A DNA stretch of 64,000 nt from an uncultured Clostridia bacterium. GTDB lineage: Bacteria; Bacillota; Clostridia; TANB77; CAG-508. Where the stretch lies: positions 4,013-68,012 of the forward strand of contig CANQHC010000003.1 of NCBI GenBank assembly GCA_947623595.1, read 5' to 3'. Positions 1 to 10,824 of this stretch are shown in pieces (position 1 is the stretch's first letter; each line of letters begins with the position of its first letter). The translations under genes were made by a program, and so were the position numbers. The notes beneath the pieces are model-generated. The model ran no database searches and was not told the origin of the DNA. It saw nothing but the letters and a program-made list of their open reading frames with translations.

Positions 1-92
1 GTGTTAATACAAAAGCTGTAATAAAAGCTAATAAAAACGCAATTGCTATATCTCCCCACATTTTGTATTTCCTCCCTTAATTCTCTTATTGT

Positions 93-789
93 TTAATTTA
101 ATACTTCTATAGAATAATCCATAAATAGACCGCTCTCAATTACACCTGTAATAGATTTTATATCTTCTTCCAAAGTTTCATAAATTTCTGTGAATTTGGT
201 ATCTAAAATAAGATTATGATTTTCAGTAAACACTGGTCCATCTTTCTTTTCAGCTTTTCTTAAAACACATTCTGTCATTCCTAAATCTAATAAAGCTTCT
301 TTTACGCTATTAACTGCCTCTGGGTAAACCTCTATTGGAATTGGAAAATTTTCTCCTAACCTTTCAACGAATTTGCTTTCATCAACTAAAATATATGTTA
401 ACCCAGCATTAGTAATATTTAATTTTTCTTGAAACATTGCAGCTCCTCTTCCTTTAATAAGCCAATTATGATTTTTGTCAACTTCATCTGCTCCGTCAAA
501 TCCCCAATCAGGTTTACATTGTAGAATAGTAGCTGTTGGAATTTTTAAATCTTGGCACAAAGCTCTTATTTCATATGAAGTTGGAATGGCAGTAATTTTT
601 ATATCTTCTTCCTCCATTCTTTTAGCAATTTCTTTAATAGCTAAATATGAAGTTGTACCAGAACCAAAGCCAATTACATCCCCGTCTTTTATTTTTTGAG
701 CTATTTTTTTTGCTACTTTTTCTTTTTGTTCTAAATTATTAATATTTTTAGGCTCTATTTCCTTTAAAGAACCGACTCATCCAATCCAT
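93..789 (-). CDS. rpiA: Ribose-5-phosphate isomerase A, requiring a +1 shift at CGG 774-772 (~231 aa)
   Basis: DGADEVD, KGRGAA and upstream GDVIGFGSGTT motifs lie in one frame that has no start before a TGA; ATG at 789 with AAGGA RBS joins it via ATG GAT TGG ATG AGT C GGT TCT. Confidence 0.9.
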
Positions 790-941
790 TTTCTATCATT
801 CCTTATTTTTAATTTTTTCATATGCCTTTAGGTATATTGTACTTATTGCATAAGACAAATTGCATTTTTGAACAACAATGTTGAGTTACCTCAGGCTTTG
901 TAATTATATTCAGTAGATACACATGTTGATATTATTTTTTG

Positions 942-970
942 TATTATATCACTAGATTATAAATGAGTAA
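942..970 (-). promoter_or_regulatory. Putative sigma-A promoter for rpiA
   Basis: TTTACT-17 nt-TATAAT with extended TG on minus strand. Confidence 0.5.
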
Positions 971-1016
971 ACCAATTTAGTCAAAAAACAACAAAAAATG
1001 AGAAAACATACTTTTC

Positions 1017-1310
1017 TCATTCTTTGTTGTTTTTTTCTATTTGATTCAAATCTTCATTTATATCATTCAATAAATCATTCGTCATGTTTCGGTGTTCATT
1101 TACTTGGCTTTCTGTTTCTTCTTTTAATGAATTAGTTTCATTAATGTTTGTTTCAGGATTATCATATAAAATACTTACACTAACTAGAATTAGCAAAATT
1201 ATTAAAGTTGCCACTAATGCTATCATTGTAATACCTTTTTCATTATTATTTTTTATACAATAAGATATTTTTCTTACCCTTTTTAAATTTTCACCATTCA
1301 TTATATTCAT
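1017..1310 (-). CDS. Type IV pilin-like / prepilin-type N-terminal small protein
   Basis: KG|ITMIALVATLIILLILVSVSI resembles a class III signal peptide; lacks Glu+5; start uncertain. Confidence 0.6.
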   Translation of the reverse strand: MNIMNGENLKRVRKISYCIKNNNEKGITMIALVATLIILLILVSVSILYDNPETNINETNSLKEETESQVNEHRNMTNDLLNDINEDLNQIEKNNKE

Positions 1311-1521
1311 CCTTCGCTATTATTATATACATCTTAACTTTACTATATATCATTTATAAAAAATAGTCAATATTTAAAACAGCTAATTTCAAAGACTATT
1401 GCTTTTTTATTAATTTATGATAAAATAATATCTAATTATATTAATCATGTTATCAGTGATTACACAAAATTTTAGTTTGTACTTTTCATACAGGTTTCAA
1501 ACATAGGAAAGGATAATTAAT

Positions 1522-2739
1522 ATGGAAAAAGAAAATGTATTTGATGTTTTAATGGAAAGAGGTTATATTGAACAAGTTACTCATGAAGAGCTAAGGGATT
1601 TGCTTGGAGAAAAGAAAGTTTCTTTTTATATAGGATTTGATCCAACTGCTGATAGTTTACATATTGGTCATTTTATTTCTTTAATGGTTGCTTCTCATAT
1701 GCAAAAAGCTGGTCACAGACCTATTATGCTAATTGGTGGTGGAACAGCAACTATTGGTGATCCTTCTGGGAAAACTGATATGAGAAGAATGATGACTCGT
1801 GAAGAAATTAACCATAATGTTGAATGTTTCAAAAAACAAATGTCTAAATTTTTAAATTTTGAAGGTGATAATGCAGCAATCATTGTTAATAATGGAGATT
1901 GGCTTTTAAACTTAAATTTTATAGAATTCATGCGTGATATTGGTTCGTTATTTTCTGTTAATAAAATGCTTTCTGCAGAATGTTACAAACAAAGAATGGA
2001 ACGTGGTTTAACATTTTTTGAACTTGGTTATATGTTAATGCAATCATATGACTTTTTAAAATTGTATGAAGAATATGGATGCAAATTACAATTAGGTGGA
2101 AATGATCAATGGTCTAATATTCTAGGTGGTGTAGACCTAATTCGTAGAGTTGGACATTCAGATTCTTTTGGTTTAACATTTAAACTTTTAACTACCAAAG
2201 AAGGTAAGAAAATGGGTAAAACAGAAAAAGGTGCTTTATGGTTGGATCCTGAAAAAACATCTCCATATGAGTTTTACCAATATTGGAGAAATATTGCTGA
2301 TGAGGATGTAAAAACAGTATTATCTTTAATTACATTTTTACCTATGGAAAAAATAGAAGAACTTTGTTCTTATCAAGACGAACGAATTAATGAAGCAAAA
2401 AAAGTAGCTGCCTATGAAATAACAAAACTAATTCATGGTGAAGAAGAAGCAAAAAAAGCTGAAGAAGCATCTAATGCATTATTTGAAGGATCAGGAAGTT
2501 TAGAAAATATGCCTACTACTAAAATTAATAATGTAAATATTTCTATTTTAGATGCAATGATAACTATTGGCTTTGCTCCTTCAAAAGGTCAAGCAAGAAC
2601 TTTAATTACACAAGGTGGTATTACTTTGAATGATGAAAAAATAACAGATGTAAATTATCAACTATCTGACAATGATTTTAAAGAAGGTTATGCAATTTTG
2701 AAAAAGGGTAAAAAAGTATTTCATAAATTAGAAAAATAG
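1522..2739 (+). CDS. tyrS: Tyrosine--tRNA ligase
   Basis: [30 protein letters not shown]-terminal S4 domain. Confidence 0.98.
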   Translation: MEKENVFDVLMERGYIEQVTHEELRDLLGEKKVSFYIGFDPTADSLHIGHFISLMVASHMQKAGHRPIMLIGGGTATIGDPSGKTDMRRMMTREEINHNVECFKKQMSKFLNFEGDNAAIIVNNGDWLLNLNFIEFMRDIGSLFSVNKMLSAECYKQRMERGLTFFELGYMLMQSYDFLKLYEEYGCKLQLGGNDQWSNILGGVDLIRRVGHSDSFGLTFKLLTTKEGKKMGKTEKGALWLDPEKTSPYEFYQYWRNIADEDVKTVLSLITFLPMEKIEELCSYQDERINEAKKVAAYEITKLIHGEEEAKKAEEASNALFEGSGSLENMPTTKINNVNISILDAMITIGFAPSKGQARTLITQGGITLNDEKITDVNYQLSDNDFKEGYAILKKGKKVFHKLEK

Positions 2740-2780
2740 TAACATTAATAAAAAAATATTAACATTTTTCTTAAAATAAC

Positions 2781-2813
2781 AAAGTTGGTGTGAAACATTT
2801 TAACACCAACTTT
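2781..2813. terminator. Bidirectional intrinsic terminator between convergent tyrS and yfhO
   Basis: aaagttggtgt...acaccaacttt inverted repeat. Confidence 0.75.
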
Positions 2814-2868
2814 AATTTTTCTATATTTATGTCAATTTCTTGTGTTTTATGTCAATTATTCTTTATAC

Positions 2869-5688
2869 TTATACATTTTTATAATCTTTATTTTTTTTCA
2901 TAAATCTAATATCATTTATTATCAATACTATAATGCCAATAACTCCTATTAAACTACATATAATTCCTTGCTTTAAATATGGAACTTCATATTGCAATTT
3001 AATTTCATGTTCTCCTTTTATAACCGGAATACCTATAAAAGCTGTATTTACTTTAATTGTTTCTACTTTTTCTTCATCAACATATACTTTCCAGCCATCA
3101 GTATATCCTGTAGAAATTTGTAAAATACTATTTTGACTTAAATTTACAATACCTTTTATTTGATTATTATTAAAACTTACATTTTTTAATTCGTTCAATT
3201 GTAATTTCTCAACATTTTGCTTATAATCATTCATAGGAACTGCAAGTATTTGTATACTTTCTAATTTATAAATTCCTTTTGTGCTAAAAGTTAACTCTAT
3301 TTTTCCATCTGCCTTTTCATAATAACCTAATGGTAACAATAGTTCTGAACATTTTTGAAAATAAGCAGATGTAATTTTATTTTCTATTGTTTTACTTATA
3401 CTTTTGTCTCCAAATTTGGCACTAATAGTATGCTTTTTAGTACCTTGAAATTCAAAATCATCTATAAAAACATAAAGTTCTGCATTATCTATATTATCAA
3501 ATGATAATATTAACTTTTGATTTTTCTTTGTCGTTTTTATCTCATTTTCTCCCAAAATATTATCTTCATCTATTATTTTATATGGCACTGAAATGCATGA
3601 TTTTTCTATATCATGTATATCTGTTTTTTGTTTTATGTTAATTTCTTGTTGTTTTTCATTTATATTCCCTTCTTCTTTTGATTGTAATTCAAAATCATTT
3701 TTAATCTTATGTAAATCTTTTTCCTCTATAACAGCTACTTTAGTAATTGCATCTTCTTTTTGCAATGGATTTAATTTATCATACTTATTTTTTAACATAT
3801 ATTCAAAATATGAAACTCCAATTGATAAAGGATTTTGATTTTCATAAGTTTTTACCTGTCCATTTTTTTCTTTTAATATATATCCATATGGCAAACTATT
3901 TTTGTTTTTTTCATCTATAATATAGTACTTTGTTCCTAATAAAGTAGTTATTCTACTTCTATCCCCGAATCCTCTTGTACAAGAAGTAGTACTAAAATTA
4001 CAATCTGCTAATTCATAATTTAAGTTATATACATATTTATTTCCTATTGATAAGAAACATTCGGTAGATGGATATCCATAATAAATAGAAAGATTTTGTA
4101 TATGATGTGGCACTTTTGCAATTCTATAAAAGCTCTTGTCATTACTTAAAATGTTTTTAATATTTTTACTGTAGTCTTCATTCTTACCTAATTGAGTTTC
4201 AATATTTTGTTCTGATTTTTCTACTGGAATAAATTCGCAAGCATAATTTCTGTCATAAGAACTATATAATCCATATGCCATGATTCCTATATTACATATC
4301 ACTAATATATAAATAATTAAGGTTCCAATATTGTTATTTAATATTTGCTTAATATTTTTCATTTTGTTTAAAACAATTAGATTTTTACTATTACTTAAAT
4401 TTTCTTTTTTATTTATGTTACCTTGATAAATCATTGTTACTAGCATGCAAAAGGCAAGTAATATCTGAATTAAATAAATAACAAAGCATGATTTTGATGA
4501 CATAATTAAAATACTTACTATTGAAACCATAGAATAAACTATTATAAAAAAACATATATTTCTTAATTCTTTTCTAGTGTATTTTTCATCAAAGCATATT
4601 GTAATACAATATGCTAAAATAAAACCATATATGAATGACCACCTATTATTTGGAAATGAAAATCCATTCATCATTGAGCCACAAAATGGAATTACTAAAA
4701 AAATACTTGATATTAGCCAATATATAAAATAAGTTTTATTTTGTTTTCTTCTTGTCCATAAAACTGGCAATATTAATAAAATAATAGATGACACTCCAAT
4801 ATAACTCCAATTCTCTCCATATGCAGTTAATAAATTAATACTAAATAAGGTTTGATAATACTGGATAGTATATTGACAAATATTTTCCTCTCCAGTTCTC
4901 GCTGAATTTAGGAATGCATAAATCGTAGGAAATAAAATTATACTTGCTGTCAAAATTCCTAAAGCATAACTAATAACACCTGAAAAAAATTTTTTAAAGA
5001 AAAATTTTAACCCTTCTTTTCTATATTCACAAAAGTATTTTATTATAGCATAAATCACTATCATAATAGTATGCATATAGAAAAAGTAATAATTAGATAT
5101 AGCAGAAATTGCTGTCCAAATACACAAATGAACTTTTTTATTTTCTTCTAGCAATTTATCTACTCCTAATAAAAGCATAGGAAATAAAATCATTGCATTT
5201 AAAAAATATGGATGTCTAACTCCTGCAAATAAACTAAATGCAGAAAAAGTATAAATAATTGCTCCTAACAATATATTCTTTCCTTTGTGTTTATGATATC
5301 TTCCATAATATATAAAAGAAATTCCTATAAAGAACATTCTTAACAAAATCAAAAAAGTATACGCAATTTCTAAATTTTCCATTGGAAATAACAAACTAAT
5401 ATATGCAAAAAAATCTCCTATTATATAATAAGAGTATTGACCTATTACATCCATTCCCAATCCCATATTCCATGAGAATAGTTGTAAACCATCTTGTGGA
5501 TTTTTTATAAAGTTTCTTATATGTTCATTAAAATCTTTTAATATAATATAATGTTGTTTTAAGCCGTCACCCTGCCAAATAAATGTACAGCCATTTTTTA
5601 AAAATATAGCAAACACAATAATTGATATTAACACAAATAAAATAGTATAAATAAAATATATTTTCTTGTTTTGTATTATTTCTTTCAT
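2869..5688 (-). CDS. YfhO-family GT-C membrane glycosyltransferase (teichoic acid glycosylation)
   Basis: QGDGLKQHY, many TM helices, C-terminal YTDGWKVYVD/GEHEIKLQY; start placed at ATG 5688 behind AGGTGA rather than 5745. Confidence 0.85.
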   Translation of the reverse strand: MKEIIQNKKIYFIYTILFVLISIIVFAIFLKNGCTFIWQGDGLKQHYIILKDFNEHIRNFIKNPQDGLQLFSWNMGLGMDVIGQYSYYIIGDFFAYISLLFPMENLEIAYTFLILLRMFFIGISFIYYGRYHKHKGKNILLGAIIYTFSAFSLFAGVRHPYFLNAMILFPMLLLGVDKLLEENKKVHLCIWTAISAISNYYFFYMHTIMIVIYAIIKYFCEYRKEGLKFFFKKFFSGVISYALGILTASIILFPTIYAFLNSARTGEENICQYTIQYYQTLFSINLLTAYGENWSYIGVSSIILLILPVLWTRRKQNKTYFIYWLISSIFLVIPFCGSMMNGFSFPNNRWSFIYGFILAYCITICFDEKYTRKELRNICFFIIVYSMVSIVSILIMSSKSCFVIYLIQILLAFCMLVTMIYQGNINKKENLSNSKNLIVLNKMKNIKQILNNNIGTLIIYILVICNIGIMAYGLYSSYDRNYACEFIPVEKSEQNIETQLGKNEDYSKNIKNILSNDKSFYRIAKVPHHIQNLSIYYGYPSTECFLSIGNKYVYNLNYELADCNFSTTSCTRGFGDRSRITTLLGTKYYIIDEKNKNSLPYGYILKEKNGQVKTYENQNPLSIGVSYFEYMLKNKYDKLNPLQKEDAITKVAVIEEKDLHKIKNDFELQSKEEGNINEKQQEINIKQKTDIHDIEKSCISVPYKIIDEDNILGENEIKTTKKNQKLILSFDNIDNAELYVFIDDFEFQGTKKHTISAKFGDKSISKTIENKITSAYFQKCSELLLPLGYYEKADGKIELTFSTKGIYKLESIQILAVPMNDYKQNVEKLQLNELKNVSFNNNQIKGIVNLSQNSILQISTGYTDGWKVYVDEEKVETIKVNTAFIGIPVIKGEHEIKLQYEVPYLKQGIICSLIGVIGIIVLIINDIRFMKKNKDYKNV

Positions 5689-5760
5689 TTTATCACCTAC
5701 AGAATAATTTTTCCATTTTTTGTAATTTTTATTCTGTAGGATCAAAAATAATACCTTTAA

Positions 5761-8430
5761 TTATTTATGTTTTTTAATTTTTTCTTTTTCCTTATCATAT
5801 TCAATAATTGCTTCATATACTCTTTTACAATTATCACCATCATGATAATAGAAAAATTCTTCACATCTTTTCTTATATTTTTCTTCTATTTTACAGTCAT
5901 TTTCAATACATTTTATTATTTCGTTTATTGTTTGCTCATATGTTTTACAGTTAGGACCAAATCCATTACTATCATAATCAAAATACCCTTGATTATAATA
6001 ATGTATTTGGTATATATGATCTAAATCAAAATTTGCATAAATAACTGGTTTACGTAAATATGCAAAATCACATGCAGCAGATGAATAATCAGTAATAAGC
6101 ATTTTTGAAGATTTAGTTTCATATTGAGAATCGACATCTATTGCAATTTCTACAAATTCATTACCTTTAAAGTCTTTAAGTTGGCCTCTAAAACTAGGAT
6201 GAATACAAAATTTAATTTTATATTTATATTTTTTTAAAGCTTCTTGTAACTTTTTATCATTAAATAATTTATCATAAAATTTGAAATATTCACTTTGAGT
6301 AAATTTAGGATTATAAGCTCTTCTTTGTGTACCAGGAATATCTGGGCCAACTAAAGATGAACGCCAACTAGCCATAATAAGTATTTTGTTTTCTTCTGGA
6401 ACATCTTTCTTTATTAAATTATCATGCCTTGGCAACCCAGATTTCATCAATTGTTCTGGTTTAAAATAATAATCTCCTTCTAAAATACTATTATATTCTA
6501 AAGGACTTGTTACTACATTTAAAGCAATATTCTTATTAATTCGGTTAAGCCATGATGATGAATCATGTAAAAGAATTCCATGAGTTAAATAAATATAATC
6601 AAACCTAAATAAGTCTACATAATATCTTCTAGACTTTCCAAAAGCATTGTTTACATAAGCATCTGCATGAGAAGATATTACATACCTCGCATTTAAAAAA
6701 TATAACCTATATTTCATAGAATGGTAGCTTATAACTTTACCATATTGTTGCATTCTTTCATAATCGTCATAATGCTTATCTATTACAAAATATGTATTTC
6801 TCTCCATCTCCGGTTCTTGGCTATTTGCATATTTAAACATTAATTCTCCACTATCTCTTCCCATAAATTCCCTATCTGAAAATAGCCAAATATTTTTTGG
6901 CATAAATGGTTTAGTAAGCCAGTAAAGAATTCTTTGAATACCTATTTTAAATTTTCTACGCTGTAATAAAATATACATTAAAAAACACAATTCTTTAAAA
7001 AATACTTTTACACCTAAAGGATTGTGGCTAATTTTTATAGTTTTGTCTTTTTTAGTGATAAGATATTTATTCTCATAATAATATCCTCTTTTAAAATTAT
7101 TAATATGAGAAAAATGAATAAATTTATTTTTTAAGTTATAATATTCATTTCCTGTTTTTATTAAAAAATTTAAAGTTTTAACATTTTCTAATGGTATTTC
7201 TATATAATATCCTTCTTTTGGTATATCATATTCTTTTTCGAATATGCTAGTTACTGGTTTTCTTTTGAATGTTTTTATTAAAGTTGGTTTTTCATCATTA
7301 ACTTTATAATACATTTGTAATCCATCTAAAATAATATTACCTTCAATAATTAACTTATTTTCTTTTATATATGAAAGTTCTACATAATTTATTATTTTTT
7401 CATATGGCAAGAAAATTTCATTTTTAAAGTATAATCCATCTTGTTTAAATTTATAATATTTTTTGATATCTTCTTCATATTTTATTTTTAATGCTATTTT
7501 TTTATAATTGTTGTTCATATTCTTTTGAAATAATATAACATCATCATCCATTAACTTTAGATACCTACGAATGCTATTTACATAATATTCTTTTTCTTCA
7601 TCAGATAACTCTTGCAATATCTGCGTTTTTATTCTCCATTGAATATCATACATAATAAAATACTGTACATATGGAATTACTTTGCCATATTTTTTCATAG
7701 ATAAGTCTACTAAAAAATCATGGCAATATTTAATAGTATCCGTATACCAACTTTTATTTTTTCTTGAAGTTTGAATTGCTGAGGATTGATCTTCTCTCTT
7801 TCTATAATGATAAATAGAAGACGCTAAAACTCCATATTTTTCTTTTTGTAATATAATTTCATACAATAACTTAGTATCTTCACTAATTTTTAGTCTAGAA
7901 TCAAATTGCAATTTTTTCATTACGTCCGTTCTAATTAAAGCACTATTAATATGTAAGACTATACTTTCTGGTTCTTTCATAATATCAATAATTCTGTCTC
8001 CAGTAAATTTATAATCTAAAAAATGATATTTTTTAGATGCTTCAAAATATTTTAGTCTTGCTACTACCAAATCAATTTGTTGATTTTCTTCTAACATTTT
8101 ATATGCTTTTTTATAAAAATCTAAATCAATATAATCATCACTGTCTAAAAAGTTAACATATTCTCCTTCTGCTAGTTTTAATCCTGTATTTCTTGCTACA
8201 CTAACTCCCTCATTTTTTTTAGAATGATATATAATATTATCTGGATATTTTTCTTTATATTTTAAACAAATAGCTTCTGAATTGTCAGTACTACCATCAT
8301 TTACTAAAATAAGCTGAATATTTTCTTTAAATCCAATCTTTTGTTTAATTACACTTATTATAGTTTGTTCTAAATATGATTCTACATTATAAACTGGTAT
8401 TATTGTAGAGATTTTATATTTTTTGCTCAT
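5761..8430 (-). CDS. Bifunctional GT2 / CDP-glycerol:glycerophosphate glycerophosphotransferase (TagF-like)
   Basis: N-terminal IIPVYN, VNDGSTD, FLDSDD; C-terminal YLTHG, GLPRHD, ITDYSS. Confidence 0.9.
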   Translation of the reverse strand: MSKKYKISTIIPVYNVESYLEQTIISVIKQKIGFKENIQLILVNDGSTDNSEAICLKYKEKYPDNIIYHSKKNEGVSVARNTGLKLAEGEYVNFLDSDDYIDLDFYKKAYKMLEENQQIDLVVARLKYFEASKKYHFLDYKFTGDRIIDIMKEPESIVLHINSALIRTDVMKKLQFDSRLKISEDTKLLYEIILQKEKYGVLASSIYHYRKREDQSSAIQTSRKNKSWYTDTIKYCHDFLVDLSMKKYGKVIPYVQYFIMYDIQWRIKTQILQELSDEEKEYYVNSIRRYLKLMDDDVILFQKNMNNNYKKIALKIKYEEDIKKYYKFKQDGLYFKNEIFLPYEKIINYVELSYIKENKLIIEGNIILDGLQMYYKVNDEKPTLIKTFKRKPVTSIFEKEYDIPKEGYYIEIPLENVKTLNFLIKTGNEYYNLKNKFIHFSHINNFKRGYYYENKYLITKKDKTIKISHNPLGVKVFFKELCFLMYILLQRRKFKIGIQRILYWLTKPFMPKNIWLFSDREFMGRDSGELMFKYANSQEPEMERNTYFVIDKHYDDYERMQQYGKVISYHSMKYRLYFLNARYVISSHADAYVNNAFGKSRRYYVDLFRFDYIYLTHGILLHDSSSWLNRINKNIALNVVTSPLEYNSILEGDYYFKPEQLMKSGLPRHDNLIKKDVPEENKILIMASWRSSLVGPDIPGTQRRAYNPKFTQSEYFKFYDKLFNDKKLQEALKKYKYKIKFCIHPSFRGQLKDFKGNEFVEIAIDVDSQYETKSSKMLITDYSSAACDFAYLRKPVIYANFDLDHIYQIHYYNQGYFDYDSNGFGPNCKTYEQTINEIIKCIENDCKIEEKYKKRCEEFFYYHDGDNCKRVYEAIIEYDKEKEKIKKHK

Positions 8431-9562
8431 TATTACTTCCTCCTAAGAATGTTTGTATAAAATTTACCAATTTTTCTGTTGCATTTTCATCTAAATTTTC
8501 AACATATTTAAGGCAAAACTTTTCTTCTTTTTCTTTATCATAAATGTCTCTTTTTATATAATTAATTATTTCTTCAAAATTTTCACAAATAGGTCCTGGC
8601 ATTTCCTTTTTGTAATCAATGTATGTTCCTCGATCATTCATATATGTTTCATAATCATATGCATAAAAATAAATTGGTTTTTTCGTTATTACAGCTTCAT
8701 ATACAATTGCAGAATAATCTGTAACAATATAATCTCCTATATGCAAAAATTCCATTCCTGTAAAGTTTTTATTCTTTTCTATCTTTTTATTATCCACATA
8801 TATAATTTCAGTTCCATTATGCAATTTTATAATCAAATTGTATTGTTCAAAAGGAATTTGTTTAACAATTTCTTCTATAGGTACTTTCTTACCACTATGT
8901 TGTGTAGGACAATATAATATATTCTTTTTATTATTTTTTGTTTCTGGATATATTTCATAAAATCTTTCTTTTACCTTTTGAGCTTCTTCTTTTGATTTTA
9001 AGAAATCAACTCTTGGTAAATTCATTACTTTCATTTGCTCGCTTTTAGCATTAAAAGCTTCTTGAAAAAACACCTTAGAAGTTTTACTTGAAGTTAAAAT
9101 ATAATTATAATTACAGTGCATTTTCATTGCTTTTGATAATTTACTACTTCTTCCATCTTTTTTGTCCAATGTAGAATATCCAAATTTTTTAAGAGATCCT
9201 AAAGCATGCCAAATTTGTATAACTGTTAAGCCTTTTTTTTGTTTTAATACGCATACAGGTATACAATAACTATCTAATAGAACAACTCTCGAAGTTGCAA
9301 TATGATACATTTGTCTAAACATGTGAAATAAATATTTTATCTGATTAGTTAATCCACTTTCTAATCTTTTACAAAGTATCACAGTTTTTACATTTGGTTG
9401 CCTATTTTTTAGTTCCTTAATTATCATTTTAAAGTCTAATGATACTTCATTAGCTTGTCTACTAATAAATGTTATTTTATTCTTCTGAATTGGAAATAAC
9501 TTAATAAAAAAGTAAATACAATTTAAAATAATAATTCCTATTTTAATTGCAATAAATTGCAT
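8414..9562 (-). CDS. CDP-glycerol glycerophosphotransferase family (TagB-like primase)
   Basis: QIWHALGSLKKFG, LPRVD, VTDYSA motifs. Confidence 0.85.
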   Translation of the reverse strand: MQFIAIKIGIIILNCIYFFIKLFPIQKNKITFISRQANEVSLDFKMIIKELKNRQPNVKTVILCKRLESGLTNQIKYLFHMFRQMYHIATSRVVLLDSYCIPVCVLKQKKGLTVIQIWHALGSLKKFGYSTLDKKDGRSSKLSKAMKMHCNYNYILTSSKTSKVFFQEAFNAKSEQMKVMNLPRVDFLKSKEEAQKVKERFYEIYPETKNNKKNILYCPTQHSGKKVPIEEIVKQIPFEQYNLIIKLHNGTEIIYVDNKKIEKNKNFTGMEFLHIGDYIVTDYSAIVYEAVITKKPIYFYAYDYETYMNDRGTYIDYKKEMPGPICENFEEIINYIKRDIYDKEKEEKFCLKYVENLDENATEKLVNFIQTFLGGSNNEQKI

Positions 9563-9630
9563 ATTTTCCTCCTCTAATTGCTTGCTACTCCTGTCTTTTA
9601 TTGTTTATTATTACTATAATATTTTTAATA

Positions 9631-10809
9631 TTATTTTTCTAGTTTATTTTCAAAAATCCATTCGCATGTTTTTTTCGTTGAATTTCCATCACATGCTCCA
9701 ACAAATTTTTCTTTAAAAATTTTTCTTTTTTCTTCTTCCATTTTTCCTTCTTTTATTGCTTTTATAAGTTCTTCTTCATTTTTTACCACAGAGCCATATA
9801 CATATTCTTTAAAAGGAAAATACATACCTCTATCATTTTCATAAAGTTCTAAGTCATAAGCAAAATAAATAATTGGCTTATTTACAAAAACATAATCAAA
9901 AATAAGAGAAGAATAATCAGTAATTAATATATCTGCCATTAATAATAAATCGTTTATATCTCTTTCTTTTGATAAATCGAAATAAAATTCTGGATACTTC
10001 TTGTATAATTCATATTTTTCTGTATTTTTTGCTTTAGCAATAATTTTATTATATATAAAAGGATGCCATTTGAAAATAAAAATATAATTTTCTTTTTTTA
10101 ATTCATTATAAATTTTTTCCAAATTTAGATTTTCTATTCCATAATTTGCAGAACTAGCTTTAGTTCCTCTATAAGTTGGTGCAAATAATATTATTTTTTT
10201 ATTTTTCATAAATGGATATTTTTGTAGTAATTCCTCTTTTTTTAATTTTATATATTCTTCTTGAAAAAACATGTCCGTCCTTGGGAACCCTGTTGCTTGA
10301 ACTTTTTCTTCATCTATTGAAAAAGCTTCCGCATAACAAGGTCTAATTGCTTCTGAGCTAGTAATTGCCTTTGTATATTTTTTATATCCCTTATGAATTC
10401 TTTTTAAATCAGTTTGCTCTCTACTATGTCCAAACCTTTTAAAAGCTCCAGGTCCATGCCATAGCTGAATTAATTCTTGCCCTTTTCTAACTTTGATATA
10501 AGAAGTTGACTGAACCAAATCTTCTAAAAGTATATATTTAGAAGTAGATAAATAATAAACTAATTTTAGCTTTTCTTTTATAGTTCTTTTTGCTTTTTTA
10601 TGTGCTTTTAATAATATTACTTTTTCATACTCTTCATCAGATATATAATCATATACACTTTTTAGATTTCCACCTAAAATCTCTCTATCATCTGATAAAA
10701 ATAGTACTCTATTTTCTACTAAAGGAAGAAATATAATATAAATTCTATTCAAAATTAATACCATTATCTGGCTAATTTTTCGATGAACCTTTTGTAAAAA
10801 TTTTTTCAT
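9631..10809 (-). CDS. CDP-glycerol/ribitol phosphotransferase (TarK/TarL-like)
   Basis: QLWHGPGAFKRFG, GFPRTD, FAPTYRG, ITDYSS; adjacent to tarIJ. Confidence 0.85.
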   Translation of the reverse strand: MKKFLQKVHRKISQIMVLILNRIYIIFLPLVENRVLFLSDDREILGGNLKSVYDYISDEEYEKVILLKAHKKAKRTIKEKLKLVYYLSTSKYILLEDLVQSTSYIKVRKGQELIQLWHGPGAFKRFGHSREQTDLKRIHKGYKKYTKAITSSEAIRPCYAEAFSIDEEKVQATGFPRTDMFFQEEYIKLKKEELLQKYPFMKNKKIILFAPTYRGTKASSANYGIENLNLEKIYNELKKENYIFIFKWHPFIYNKIIAKAKNTEKYELYKKYPEFYFDLSKERDINDLLLMADILITDYSSLIFDYVFVNKPIIYFAYDLELYENDRGMYFPFKEYVYGSVVKNEEELIKAIKEGKMEEEKRKIFKEKFVGACDGNSTKKTCEWIFENKLEK

Positions 10810-10824
10810 CTTTCTCTCCTTTAT

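Noticed and set aside
1311-1521. T-box riboswitch upstream of tyrS (also sought before hisS and gltX)
   Set aside because: No GGTGG-ACC T-box consensus or terminator/antiterminator found
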